Below the pieces are notes generated by a model. The model was not told the DNA's origin, did no database searches, and saw only the letters and a program-made list of their open reading frames with translations. The translations under genes were made by a program, and so were the position numbers. From a virus (taxonomy: Duplodnaviria; Caudoviricetes): 64,000 nt of DNA. Location: the IMG/VR virus record IMGVR_UViG_3300025732_000002, positions 1,209 through 65,208 of that record. The stretch is one strand, 5' to 3'. Of the stretch, positions 1 to 9,466 are shown one piece after another. Each line of letters opens with the position of its first letter. Position 1 is the first letter of the stretch.

Positions 1-1
1 G

Positions 2-97
2 ATAGACAAGATAGTCGCCCATATCGACAGTCGGTTCGACAAGCTGAACGACAAGATTGACTTGTTTATTCGGGAGCAAAGAAGTGCCCTCAGTTAG
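2..97 (+). CDS. 3' end of a hypothetical protein (truncated by window)
   Basis: Open frame IDKIVAHIDSRFDKLNDKID...* ending in TAG at 95-97, overlapping the next start. Confidence 0.55.
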   Translation: MDKIVAHIDSRFDKLNDKIDLFIREQRSALS

Positions 98-533
98 CCG
101 TAAGCAGCACAACTTCATGGAGGCCGTGGCGCATAGCCCGGCTTTTGCGAAGAAGGTCGGGGTTCCTCAATCTGTTGGCAAAGAGTTTTCTGAAGCTGAC
201 AAAGGTAAAAAGTTTCGTTCCGGCGGCAACGCTGGTATCAATCTGCCGAAGACTCACCATGGGAAATCGGCTCTTTTCTCAAAAGGTGGTGATATGAAAG
301 AATCTAAGGCAATGATGAAAAAAGAAGTTGGCTTTATGAAAGCCAAGGGCGCTCCCAAGTCTATGGTCAAGCACGAGATGGCCGAGATGAAGGGCATGAA
401 AAAGGGTGGCTCTGTTAAGCCTTCTGCCATGGGCAAGGTCAAGACTGCAGCCCCCAGCCGCGACGGCGTTGCCATCAAGGGCAAGACCAAGGGCACGATG
501 ATCAAGATGTCCAAGGGCGGCAAAGCCTGCTAA
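84..533 (+). CDS. Small basic K/M-rich protein with [FM]xxGG motifs (putative head-internal protein)
   Basis: Likely GTG start at 84; FRSGG, FSKGG, MKKGG, MSKGG; RDGVAIKGKTKG. Confidence 0.75.
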   Translation: MPSVSRKQHNFMEAVAHSPAFAKKVGVPQSVGKEFSEADKGKKFRSGGNAGINLPKTHHGKSALFSKGGDMKESKAMMKKEVGFMKAKGAPKSMVKHEMAEMKGMKKGGSVKPSAMGKVKTAAPSRDGVAIKGKTKGTMIKMSKGGKAC

Positions 534-548
534 TTCAAGGAGGCCATC

Positions 549-896
549 ATGGCTGAAGGAAACATGGTTCCAGACAGGGCTCTTGGGGGAGGCATCCCGT
601 CCCTTCCCGCCCGGGCTAAAAGATCTGCTGGCGCAGGTCGTGGCTTTGTAAATCCCCAACGCACGGATCAGTCTGATGAGGACTACGTTACGCCCAAGCA
701 GCGTTACGACATGGAGCGTGACATCATGGATGCTCGAGAAGCTGCTGCTGCCGAGAAGGCGTACAACAAAGCTACCGGCATGAAAAAGGGTGGCTCTGTT
801 TCTTCTGCTTCTAAGCGCGCTGACGGTATTGCCATAAAGGGCAAAACCCGTGGCACGATCATCGCCATGTGCGGTGGTGGGATGTACAAGAAATGA
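549..896 (+). CDS. Small basic protein with MKKGG...SASKRADGIAIKGKTRG module
   Basis: AGGAGG RBS; module shared with 1407-1721. Confidence 0.8.
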   Translation: MAEGNMVPDRALGGGIPSLPARAKRSAGAGRGFVNPQRTDQSDEDYVTPKQRYDMERDIMDAREAAAAEKAYNKATGMKKGGSVSSASKRADGIAIKGKTRGTIIAMCGGGMYKK

Positions 897-1177
897 TGGC
901 CAGTCGCGGCATGGGCGCCATAATGCCCAGCAAGATGCCCAGCGGTAAGCGCAAGGCTCGCCGCGACGACACGGATTTTACCCAGTACGCCGAGGGCGGA
1001 AAGGTAAAGTCAAAGGTTAATGAGGCCGGCAACTACACCAAGCCTGGTATGCGCAAGTCGCTGTTTGAGTCCATCAAGTCTCGAGCTGTGCAGGGTACTG
1101 GTGCTGGTCAGTGGTCGGCGCGCAAAGCGCAGTTGTTGGCAAAGCAGTACAAGGCAAAAGGCGGGGGCTACAAGTGA
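893..1177 (+). CDS. Small basic hypothetical protein (YAEGG motif)
   Basis: ATGA overlap with upstream stop; GQWSARKAQLLAKQYKAKGGGY. Confidence 0.75.
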   Translation: MMASRGMGAIMPSKMPSGKRKARRDDTDFTQYAEGGKVKSKVNEAGNYTKPGMRKSLFESIKSRAVQGTGAGQWSARKAQLLAKQYKAKGGGYK

Positions 1178-1407
1178 AAAGTCCGCAGCAGTCGCTCAAA
1201 GACTGGGGAGCCCAGAAATGGCGCACCAAGTCTGGAAAGCCGTCGTCAAAGACGGGTGAGCGATACTTGCCAGAGGCGGCTATCAAGTCCTTGACCTCTG
1301 CAGAGTATGCTGCCACAACCCGTGCAAAGCGGGCCGGCAAAAAAGCAGGCAAGCAGTTTGTGGCTCAACCCAAAGGTATTGCTCAGAAGACCGCGAGGTA
1401 CAGATAA
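1174..1407 (+). CDS. Small basic hypothetical protein
   Basis: GTGA overlap; QKWRTKSGKPS..TGERYLP. Confidence 0.7.
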   Translation: MKSPQQSLKDWGAQKWRTKSGKPSSKTGERYLPEAAIKSLTSAEYAATTRAKRAGKKAGKQFVAQPKGIAQKTARYR

Positions 1408-1721
1408 TGGGCGTTTTTAATGATCTTGCAAATACCGCCAACGCTGCCGTAAACACGGTAGGCAACATCATTCAGGATCCTGGCGCGGCCATCAACACGG
1501 CAGGAAATGCGCTGGGTAATGCGTTGAATGATCCAGACGGAACTCTCAAAGGGGTTGCGCGTTACATTGGTGATAACCCTGAGAGAGCGGCTATGACGGC
1601 GGCCATGATGATGATGAAAAAAGGCGGCAAGGTACGCTCTTCAAAGCCCAAGCAGTCTTCTGCATCCAAGCGTGGCGATGGCATTGCGCAGCGAGGCAAG
1701 ACTCGCGGAAAGATGGTCTAA
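1407..1721 (+). CDS. Hypothetical protein with C-terminal MKKGG/SASKRGDGIAQRGKTRG module
   Basis: TAATG coupling; shared module. Confidence 0.75.
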   Translation: MGVFNDLANTANAAVNTVGNIIQDPGAAINTAGNALGNALNDPDGTLKGVARYIGDNPERAAMTAAMMMMKKGGKVRSSKPKQSSASKRGDGIAQRGKTRGKMV

Positions 1722-2645
1722 ATGGCAACCACCTCCGGTTTATCCGCATTTAACCTTGACCTCAACGAACTGATTGAGGATGCATTTGAGCGCTGCGGCT
1801 CAGAGATGCGTACGGGCTACAACTTCCGTACAGCTCGCCGCTCGCTGAACATGCTCACGATTGAGTGGGCAAACCGGGGTATTAACCTGTGGACCATCGA
1901 GCAGCAGCAGATTGTCCTCAATACCAATCAGTACCAATACCTGATCCCGAACGACACAATCGACGTTCTGGACATGGTGACCCGTATTAACAACGGCACC
2001 TCCGGCCAGTCAGACGTGACCATTTCGCGCATATCTGAGCCCACATGGACGGCCATCCCCAACAAGTACGCCCAAGGCCGCCCGGTCCAGGCTTGGATTA
2101 ACCGCCAGACGGGGCAAGTAAACGCCACGTCGGCCACCTTGAACGGCAATATCCAAGCGGCTGATACCACGATCACGGTCAATAACGCATCAGCTTTGAC
2201 TACGTCCGGGTTCATCAATATCGACAACGAGACGATTGCCTACCAAAACATTGTGGGCAACCAGCTGCAGAACTGTTTCCGCGGGCAGAACGGCACAACC
2301 GCCGCTTCTCACTCAAACAACGCCGCAATTAAGGCTAACAACCTGTCGTCGATCAACGTCTATCCGGCCCCGTCCGCCCCTGGCGACCAGTACACGCTGG
2401 TCTACTACCGGATGCGCCGTATGCAGGACGCTGGCAGTGGCGTAAACGTGCAGGACATCCCGTTCCGTCTAATCCCCTGTATGGTGGCCGGCTTGGCTTT
2501 TTACCTGTCCCAGAAGCTGCCGGAAGCGTTGCCACGGATGCCGATGCTCAAGCAGGAATATGAGGAGCAGTGGATGCTCGCCTCGACCGAGGACCGCGAC
2601 AAGGCGCCGGACCGTTACGTGCCGAGGAACATGTTCTATGCCTAA
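1722..2645 (+). CDS. Putative head-tail adaptor / tail tubular protein
   Basis: 307 aa; ARRSLN..EWANRG.NLW; position in structural module (function inferred). Confidence 0.6.
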   Translation: MATTSGLSAFNLDLNELIEDAFERCGSEMRTGYNFRTARRSLNMLTIEWANRGINLWTIEQQQIVLNTNQYQYLIPNDTIDVLDMVTRINNGTSGQSDVTISRISEPTWTAIPNKYAQGRPVQAWINRQTGQVNATSATLNGNIQAADTTITVNNASALTTSGFINIDNETIAYQNIVGNQLQNCFRGQNGTTAASHSNNAAIKANNLSSINVYPAPSAPGDQYTLVYYRMRRMQDAGSGVNVQDIPFRLIPCMVAGLAFYLSQKLPEALPRMPMLKQEYEEQWMLASTEDRDKAPDRYVPRNMFYA

Positions 2646-3066
2646 TCGGTTTGCGTCAGCCAAATACGCAATTGCAGAGTGTGACCGCTGTGCCCAGCGG
2701 TACATGCTGAAAGAGCTGCGTAAGCTGACAATCAAGACCCGCCAGGTCAGTATCAAGGTTTGCCCGGAGTGCTGGGAAGAAGACCAGCCGCAGCTGCAGA
2801 TTGGTATGTACCCGGTCAATGACCCGCAGGCTGTGCGGGAGCCGCGCCCGGATTTGAGCTATTACCTGTCCGGTTCTAGCGGTTTGCAGACCAATGACAC
2901 TGGCGGAACGGGCACCGACGGGTTTGGTACGCCGGAGGCCGGCAGCCGGATCATCCAATGGGGTTGGAATCCGGTGGGTGGCTCGAGGGCAAATGATGAT
3001 GGATTAACCCCCAATTATTTGGCATTGACCATACAATTGGGTACAGTAACGGTAGCAACGACGTAA
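2638..3066 (+). CDS. Zn-ribbon hypothetical protein
   Basis: CDRC...CPEC; overlaps upstream stop. Confidence 0.7.
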   Translation: MPNRFASAKYAIAECDRCAQRYMLKELRKLTIKTRQVSIKVCPECWEEDQPQLQIGMYPVNDPQAVREPRPDLSYYLSGSSGLQTNDTGGTGTDGFGTPEAGSRIIQWGWNPVGGSRANDDGLTPNYLALTIQLGTVTVATT

Positions 3067-3076
3067 GGAGTCGGAC

Positions 3077-3247
3077 ATGGACAAAAAAGAGGTCAAGGCA
3101 ATTGCCGACAAAGAGGTAAAAGCCCATGAAAAACGCATGCACGCCAAGGGCATGAAAAAGGGCGGCGTTACTTCCATGGACATGAAAAAATATGGTCGCA
3201 ACATGGCTCGTGCCATGAACCAGCGCGGCTCTTCCCGCGGAGGTTGA
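3077..3247 (+). CDS. 56-aa basic protein with MKKGG motif (absent from ORF track)
   Basis: AAGGAG RBS; MDKKEVKAIADKEVKAHEKRMHAKGMKKGGV... Confidence 0.7.
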   Translation: MDKKEVKAIADKEVKAHEKRMHAKGMKKGGVTSMDMKKYGRNMARAMNQRGSSRGG

Positions 3248-3248
3248 T

Positions 3249-3581
3249 ATGGCCAAGAATGATTTTGCACCGGTGATGAAGGCCGAGAAGTATCCTTTGG
3301 GTCACGCCAAGGAGAACAAGGACGCCAGCGCGTACACCGGCTTTAAGTATCCTCCTGGTGGTGGCAACGACATTGGCGTGTACAAGCAGCCGATGGAGAA
3401 CATGCACAAGGCAGCGCCTGACGTTGTGTCCAAGCGCGGCAACGGCGTCAACGAGAACAACATGTCTGTTGGCGGCGTGAGCAAAGGCAACTACGGTGCT
3501 GATAACAAGCATGGCGAGAAAACCATGCGTGGTTACGGCGCGGCCACCAAAGGCATTAAGACTCGCGGTCCGATGGCTTGA
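3249..3581 (+). CDS. Small basic hypothetical protein
   Basis: GGAGG RBS; C-terminal RGYGAATKG. Confidence 0.75.
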   Translation: MAKNDFAPVMKAEKYPLGHAKENKDASAYTGFKYPPGGGNDIGVYKQPMENMHKAAPDVVSKRGNGVNENNMSVGGVSKGNYGADNKHGEKTMRGYGAATKGIKTRGPMA

Positions 3582-3582
3582 C

Positions 3583-4560
3583 ATGAACTACAGCGAACTC
3601 GTTTCTGCTATTCAGGCGTATACGGAAAACGCGTTTCCCGATACGTATCTGTCCAATGGGACGGTGATTGGGCCCAATGCTCAGATCAACCGTTTCATTG
3701 AGCAGGCCGAGCAGCGCATCTACAACACAGTTCAGTTTCCGTCTCTGCGCAAAAACATGACCGGTCACTTGACTGCGTCAAATCCTTACTTGTCTGCGCC
3801 CGACGATTATCTTTCCACGTACTCACTGGCCGTCATTGTTAACGGCGAGTACAAGTACCTTCTCAACAAAGACGTTAACTTCATTCGACAGTCTTATCCA
3901 AATCCGAGCTTGGATGTTGGAGCACCTGAGTACTATGCGTTATTTGGCCCCACTGTATCTGGTAGCACTATTACTAACGAGCTGTCCTTTATTGTTGGAC
4001 CAACGCCTGATCAAAACTACGACGTTGAGCTGCACTTCTACTACTACCCCCAATCTATTGTGCAGTCCTCTATTAACGCGCTAGGCGTTATTGTTGGCGG
4101 ATCTGGTTACACGAATGGTAAGTACTACGGCGTGCCGCTCACGGGCGGTACTGGCCAAGGCGCGGTGGCAGACATTGTTGTCACGGGCGGTGCAGTGGAT
4201 GAGATCTTCATCAAGAACGCCGGATGCTTGTATACGGTTGCTGACAATCTTTCCGCGGATGCAACGTACCTTGGCGGCACTGCAACGGTAGATTTCTCTG
4301 TACCCATCACGCAGGTCAACAATGCTCAAGGCACGTCTTGGATTGGCGATAACTTTGACACCGTGCTGCTGTACGGCTGTCTGGTTGAGGCCTACACCTT
4401 TATGAAGGGTGAGGCGGACCTGATTGCTCTGTACGACGGCAAGTACAAGGAAGCCATGGCCATGGCCTCTCGTCTGGGTGACGGCCTCGAGCGCAGCGAT
4501 GCTTACCGCAGTGGTCAGTATCGTCAGGCACCGTTGCCACAGAATAGCGGAGTCCGTTAA
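3583..4560 (+). CDS. Putative head-closure / tail adaptor protein
   Basis: MNYSELVSAIQAY..FIEQAEQRI; LLYGCLVEAYTFMKGE; synteny. Confidence 0.6.
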   Translation: MNYSELVSAIQAYTENAFPDTYLSNGTVIGPNAQINRFIEQAEQRIYNTVQFPSLRKNMTGHLTASNPYLSAPDDYLSTYSLAVIVNGEYKYLLNKDVNFIRQSYPNPSLDVGAPEYYALFGPTVSGSTITNELSFIVGPTPDQNYDVELHFYYYPQSIVQSSINALGVIVGGSGYTNGKYYGVPLTGGTGQGAVADIVVTGGAVDEIFIKNAGCLYTVADNLSADATYLGGTATVDFSVPITQVNNAQGTSWIGDNFDTVLLYGCLVEAYTFMKGEADLIALYDGKYKEAMAMASRLGDGLERSDAYRSGQYRQAPLPQNSGVR

Positions 4561-4994
4561 TGGCTTTTACTGGCAACTACGTCTGCAACGTGTTTAAGAC
4601 TGGCGTGCTGGATGGCACGTACGACTTTGGTTCTGACACGTTCAAGATTGCCTTGTATACCAATGCAGCAACGTTAAACGCAGACACGACTGCTTATACG
4701 ACTGATGGTGAAGCTTCTGGTGGAAACTATGTTGCCGGCGGTGCTACGCTGGTAGTTAACCAAGTGCCTACGGTTGGCGCGCAGAATGGCCCCAATGCAG
4801 TGGCCTACATTTCATTTGCAAATGCAACGTGGACTGGATCAATCACCGCCAGAGGCGCTTTGATCTACAAGTCTGGTGGTGGAAATCCTGCTGTTTGTGT
4901 GCTGGATTTTGGGTCCACAAAAACGTCTAACAGTTCTTTTGTTGTTGAATTTCCCGCGCCTACTAACACGTCGGCAATCATTCGCTTGGTCTAA
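4560..4994 (+). CDS. Virion structural protein, paralog of 5212-5667
   Basis: DTFKIALYT..L.A.TTAYTT.GE. Confidence 0.7.
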   Translation: MAFTGNYVCNVFKTGVLDGTYDFGSDTFKIALYTNAATLNADTTAYTTDGEASGGNYVAGGATLVVNQVPTVGAQNGPNAVAYISFANATWTGSITARGALIYKSGGGNPAVCVLDFGSTKTSNSSFVVEFPAPTNTSAIIRLV

Positions 4995-5004
4995 AGGAGA
5001 AGAC

Positions 5005-5199
5005 ATGGCACTGGTACAAACCACCAAAGGTTACATGGACGAGAACCTGCTTGAAAAGCGTGAGGGTTCCGTCGATAATGAGAACGAGTTCACACGCTGG
5101 ATTGAGTTCTGGCTGGACGGCGAGTTGGTGCACCGCTCGGTGCATGTGGAATTGAAGAAAAACGTGCTGGCCGACGGAATGGCCGCAATGCTCGGTTGA
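5005..5199 (+). CDS. Small hypothetical protein
   Basis: AAGGAG RBS; WIEFWLDGELVHRSVHV. Confidence 0.7.
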   Translation: MALVQTTKGYMDENLLEKREGSVDNENEFTRWIEFWLDGELVHRSVHVELKKNVLADGMAAMLG

Positions 5200-5211
5200 A
5201 AGGACTGAAAA

Positions 5212-5667
5212 ATGGCAAATACCCAGGCAATGTGCACTTCGTTCAAGACGGAGCTGCTAACAGCAACGCACAACTTTGGCACCGCTCCCACCCGTGGATC
5301 CGGTACGGCTGACACCTTTTACGGTGCTCTGTACCTGACTTCTGCCACTTTGGGCGCAGGCACCACGGCTTACACCACCTCTGGTGAAGTGTCCGGTCCC
5401 GGCTACTCTGCCGGTGGTATTGCGGTCACCAACGCTACGCCCCCGACCTCTTCGGGCACCACCGCTTACTGGACCCCGTCCGCAAGCCTGGTGTACACCG
5501 GCGTTACCTTGACCACGGCTTTTGACACTGTTCTGATCTATAACCAGACCCAGAGCAACAAGGCTGTTTCGGTTCACACCTTCGGTTCGCAAACGATTAC
5601 GGCTGGCACCTTCACCTTGACGATGCCTGCCAACACGAATACGACCGCGCTTATCCGTCTGGCGTAA
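5212..5667 (+). CDS. Virion structural protein
   Basis: DTFYGALY..L.A.TTAYTTSGE; paralog of 4560-4994. Confidence 0.7.
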   Translation: MANTQAMCTSFKTELLTATHNFGTAPTRGSGTADTFYGALYLTSATLGAGTTAYTTSGEVSGPGYSAGGIAVTNATPPTSSGTTAYWTPSASLVYTGVTLTTAFDTVLIYNQTQSNKAVSVHTFGSQTITAGTFTLTMPANTNTTALIRLA

Positions 5668-5692
5668 GCCGTCCCCGGTTTAGGGGAGGGCC

Positions 5693-7450
5693 ATGCTGGG
5701 TATAGCCCCATTTGCAGCAGCGCCGTTCGCATCTCTTGCGGGCGGCGATAAAACTGTTGCGCTCACAGGAATTGCAGCTTCTGGGGCTGTAGGCAGTATT
5801 ACGTCTGTAGCAGCCGACGTTGAGCCTTCCGGCGTCTACGCAGACGCCTTTGTCGGGGGAGTTGCTCCCGAGCTGTCTATCGATCTCTCTGGCGTTGAAG
5901 CCACGGGCGAGGTCGGAGACGTTTCATACTCTCAAGAAATTTCAGGCGTCGAGGCTACCGGCGAGGTTGGCAACGTTGCCATTGAACCCGCCTATGAGCT
6001 GACGGGTGTTGAGGCAACCGGCGCTGTTACCCAGACGTTCCCTGAGACTGAAGTTGCCATTACCGGGGTTGAGGCCGTTGGTGAGGTTGGGGGTGTTGAG
6101 GCCACGCAAGTACTCGACGGAGTTGAAGCCACAGGCGAGGTAGGCGACCTGGCGTTGGGCGACCGTGAGATCGAAATCTCCGGCGTTGAGGCTACGGTTG
6201 AGCAAGGCGAGATGATCGCCACCCAAGTTCTGGACGGCGTGGAGCTGACCGGCGAGGTTGGCGACCTTGGCATCGGTGACCGAGAGATTGAGCTGACCGG
6301 TGTTGAGGCCACGGGTGAAGTTGGGGACATCTCCTACGCGCAGGGTCTTCAGCCAGACGTGGTTTTTGGGCAGGTTGGTGCGGTCCTGTCTGAGATCGAG
6401 GTGGCCATCAATGGCAACGTTGCCATTGGCGCCGTCGGAGACTTGATCCCGGGCTTCCAAATTGACGGTGTTTTTGCCACAGGTGAGGCTGGCAGTGTTG
6501 CCTTGGGCGACCGTGAGATTGCTATCACGGGCGTTGTCTCTACGGGCGCCGTCGGTACGGTTGTCTACTCTCGCAGCGAGGCAATTACTGGCAACGAGGC
6601 TACTGGGTCCGTTGGCACGGTTGAGTTCTCCTACGTTGCAGATGGCCAGGTTGCGTATGGCCAGGTCGGCATTCTGGGCGTTATCCATACCGTAGCCTTG
6701 ATAGAAGGCTGGGGCGCGTACGGTTGGGGTGTTGAGCCGTGGGGCGGTTCTCCTGGCGCAAGTCAGATTGATACAGCAGTTGGCAACGTTGTTGGCGGCC
6801 AGCTGCTTGGCCCGGGCGTGTCCGCCACGGGCGGTGTTGGTAGTGTTACACCGGGTGTTATTCCGTTCCCCGAGGGTGATGTTGCTTACGGGTTTGTGGG
6901 CACGGTTGGAAACATCCACGAGGTAGCCCTTTACACCGGCGACGATATTGGCTGGGGTAACGTAACTTGGGGCGGTGACACCAGCAGTTCTGGTTACTAT
7001 GACGTGGCTTGGGGTGGTGCTCAGAACCACAACCCGGCTGTTGCGTATACGGCAGTTGGGACTATGGTTCCTGTGCCAGAGATACCGCTGGTTGGGGTCG
7101 AGGCAACTGGTCAAGTTGGAACGGTTAGTCCGTCCCATACGCTTGATCCGCTGACTGGTGTTGAAGCCACAGGGCAGGTGGGTACAGTTACTGCAAACAT
7201 TACTGTTGGCCTAACCGGAGTACAAGCCACGGGTGAAGTTGGAACGATGGGAGTTATCCACATCAACGACTTGACCGGGGTGCAGGCGGTGGGTATAGTG
7301 GGCAATGTCTGCGTCGGCAATTGGACGATAATTGACACCACCCAGAATGCAAGCTGGGCAGTGATTCAGTCCGCACAAGCGTCCAGTTGGCAGGCTATCC
7401 AAAACAGCCAAGATGCCGAGTGGGATCTTGTTGTGACAGAGAAGTGTTGA
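5693..7450 (+). CDS. Acidic repeat structural protein (GVEATGEVG repeats)
   Basis: About 20 GV[EQ]A[TV]G[EQ]VG-like repeats; GGAGG RBS. Confidence 0.75.
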   Translation: MLGIAPFAAAPFASLAGGDKTVALTGIAASGAVGSITSVAADVEPSGVYADAFVGGVAPELSIDLSGVEATGEVGDVSYSQEISGVEATGEVGNVAIEPAYELTGVEATGAVTQTFPETEVAITGVEAVGEVGGVEATQVLDGVEATGEVGDLALGDREIEISGVEATVEQGEMIATQVLDGVELTGEVGDLGIGDREIELTGVEATGEVGDISYAQGLQPDVVFGQVGAVLSEIEVAINGNVAIGAVGDLIPGFQIDGVFATGEAGSVALGDREIAITGVVSTGAVGTVVYSRSEAITGNEATGSVGTVEFSYVADGQVAYGQVGILGVIHTVALIEGWGAYGWGVEPWGGSPGASQIDTAVGNVVGGQLLGPGVSATGGVGSVTPGVIPFPEGDVAYGFVGTVGNIHEVALYTGDDIGWGNVTWGGDTSSSGYYDVAWGGAQNHNPAVAYTAVGTMVPVPEIPLVGVEATGQVGTVSPSHTLDPLTGVEATGQVGTVTANITVGLTGVQATGEVGTMGVIHINDLTGVQAVGIVGNVCVGNWTIIDTTQNASWAVIQSAQASSWQAIQNSQDAEWDLVVTEKC

Positions 7451-7459
7451 GGATAAACG

Positions 7460-9061
7460 ATGGCTTTAGTTCTAAAAGACCGGGTCCAAGAAACGACCAC
7501 GACAACGGGTACAAGCGACTTTACCCTTGGCGGAGCTGTCCTCTCCTACCAGGCTTTTTCTGCCATTGGCAACACCAACACCACCTACTACACTGCGTTT
7601 GACCCCAATGCTGGGGATTGGGAAGTAGGTATTGGTACGTATTCCACGACCGGTCCGACCCTGACCCGTGACACGATTCTGGCTTCCAGCGCAGGCGGCG
7701 CCAAGGTTTCGTTTGGTGCTGGGCAGAAGAACGTATTCTCCACGTACCCAGCTGAGCGCTCGGTTAATCTGAACTCTGCTGGCACGTACATCACCCCGTC
7801 TGCGTTTGACACAGTGACGGCCAACACGGCCACATTGACTGCGGGCACTATCAGCACAACGCCGTCCAACAGCACGGACATTGTTAACAAACAGTATGTT
7901 GACACAACGGCGGCAGCATCTTTGCACTACCACTCCCCGGTCTATGTGGAGTCGCCAAACACGGCGGGCAACCTAAATGCCACGTATAACCAGCCGGGCG
8001 GTCCCGGTGTAGGTGTTGGGGCTACGCTGACCAACGCGGGAACAAAAGCGGCGCTGACTATCGACGGCATCCTGATGACCATCGGTAAGCGGGTCTTGAT
8101 CTACAACCAGACAAACGGTTTCGAGAACGGTGTGTACACGGTTACCACCGTCGGAACGCCTGATCCGGGTGGCACAAACTGGGTGTTGACCAGAGCAACA
8201 GATGCGGATACGTACGCGCCCAGCAGCCCTAACTCTTTGGGGCAGGGCGATGCGTTCTTTGTGACGAACGGAAATACCGGCGCTGGTGAGACGTACGTTT
8301 GCAACACGGTGGGTACGATCACGTTCGGAACCACATCAATTGACTTTGTTCAAATCTCCAGCGCTCAGGTGTACAGCGCGGGCACTGGCCTGAGTCTCAG
8401 CCCGGCTACTACGTTCAATATCGCCAATACCGGCGTGACGGCCACAACGTACGGCGGCGCATCTCAGATCCCAACTATTACGGTCAACGCGCAAGGTCAG
8501 ATTACCAGCGCATCTGATACCACGGTGTCGGTTGACTTGGCCACACAGGTCACGGGCAATTTGCCGGTTACCAACCTTAACAGTGGTACGAGCGCATCGG
8601 CGTCTACTTTCTGGCGCGGTGACGGTACATGGGCTGCGGGTGTTTCTGGTCCTACAGGTCCGACTGGCCCGACGGGTCCCACCGGTCCGGCAGGGGCTCC
8701 TGGCCCCACTGGCCCCACTGGTGCTCCTGGTCCCACTGGCCCAACAGGTCCGACTGGCCCCACGGGCCCAACAGGTCCGACCGGGCCTGCTGGTTCTACT
8801 ATCCGCACGGTAACGGACTTTACTGCCACCGCAGGGCAAACCACATTTACGGTTTCTTATACGGTGGGGTATCTGGACGTGTTCCGCAACGGCGTGAAGC
8901 TGGCATCGGCGGATGTGACGGCAACAAACGGGACAACGTTTACGATCCCTGCATGTACCTCTGGCGATGTTGTCCAGGCGGTTGCATATCAAGCATTGGG
9001 CATAGCAAACACAGTAACCCCCGGCAAGAGCATTGCGCTGGCAATGATCTTTGGCTATTAA
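7460..9061 (+). CDS. Tail fibre protein with collagen-like Gly-Pro-Thr segment
   Basis: [10 protein letters not shown]-terminus; [14 protein letters not shown]; (GPT)n at ~8648-8790. Confidence 0.8.
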   Translation: MALVLKDRVQETTTTTGTSDFTLGGAVLSYQAFSAIGNTNTTYYTAFDPNAGDWEVGIGTYSTTGPTLTRDTILASSAGGAKVSFGAGQKNVFSTYPAERSVNLNSAGTYITPSAFDTVTANTATLTAGTISTTPSNSTDIVNKQYVDTTAAASLHYHSPVYVESPNTAGNLNATYNQPGGPGVGVGATLTNAGTKAALTIDGILMTIGKRVLIYNQTNGFENGVYTVTTVGTPDPGGTNWVLTRATDADTYAPSSPNSLGQGDAFFVTNGNTGAGETYVCNTVGTITFGTTSIDFVQISSAQVYSAGTGLSLSPATTFNIANTGVTATTYGGASQIPTITVNAQGQITSASDTTVSVDLATQVTGNLPVTNLNSGTSASASTFWRGDGTWAAGVSGPTGPTGPTGPTGPAGAPGPTGPTGAPGPTGPTGPTGPTGPTGPTGPAGSTIRTVTDFTATAGQTTFTVSYTVGYLDVFRNGVKLASADVTATNGTTFTIPACTSGDVVQAVAYQALGIANTVTPGKSIALAMIFGY

Positions 9062-9073
9062 AGCGAGACACAC

Positions 9074-9466
9074 ATGGCAAACCCAAATATTGTCAACGTA
9101 TCGGCCATTTACGGCACAACGACATACTTCACGCCTAGCGGCACAACTGCTGTTGTGTTGCTGCCAAACGCCGCGTCTTCAGGCAAGGTGTTCAAGATCA
9201 ACCAGATCGTGGCAGCCAACGTCACGGGAACCGCTTGCAACGCAACAGTTGCCATCTATACCAACGGCGCGGTAGCTCAAGGATCAGCCCCGGCAGGCGG
9301 GACGTCGTACCCAGTCCTGTACCAAGTTTCCGTTCCTGGCAATGCGTCGATGGTTTGCGTGGACAAGTCGACGGCCATCTATCTGATGGAGGGGACTTCC
9401 ATAACCGTTACGTCGGCAGTGGGTTCGTCGTTGACGTTTAGCATCTCCTACGAGGACATTTCCTAA
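9074..9466 (+). CDS. Tail-associated hypothetical protein
   Basis: MANPNIVNVSAIYG...ISYEDIS; fibre module position. Confidence 0.7.
   Translation: MANPNIVNVSAIYGTTTYFTPSGTTAVVLLPNAASSGKVFKINQIVAANVTGTACNATVAIYTNGAVAQGSAPAGGTSYPVLYQVSVPGNASMVCVDKSTAIYLMEGTSITVTSAVGSSLTFSISYEDIS

Noticed and set aside
5942-7138. Long antisense ORFs (also 49426-50529, 59131-60030)
   Set aside because: Shadow frames of high-GC sense genes with no motifs
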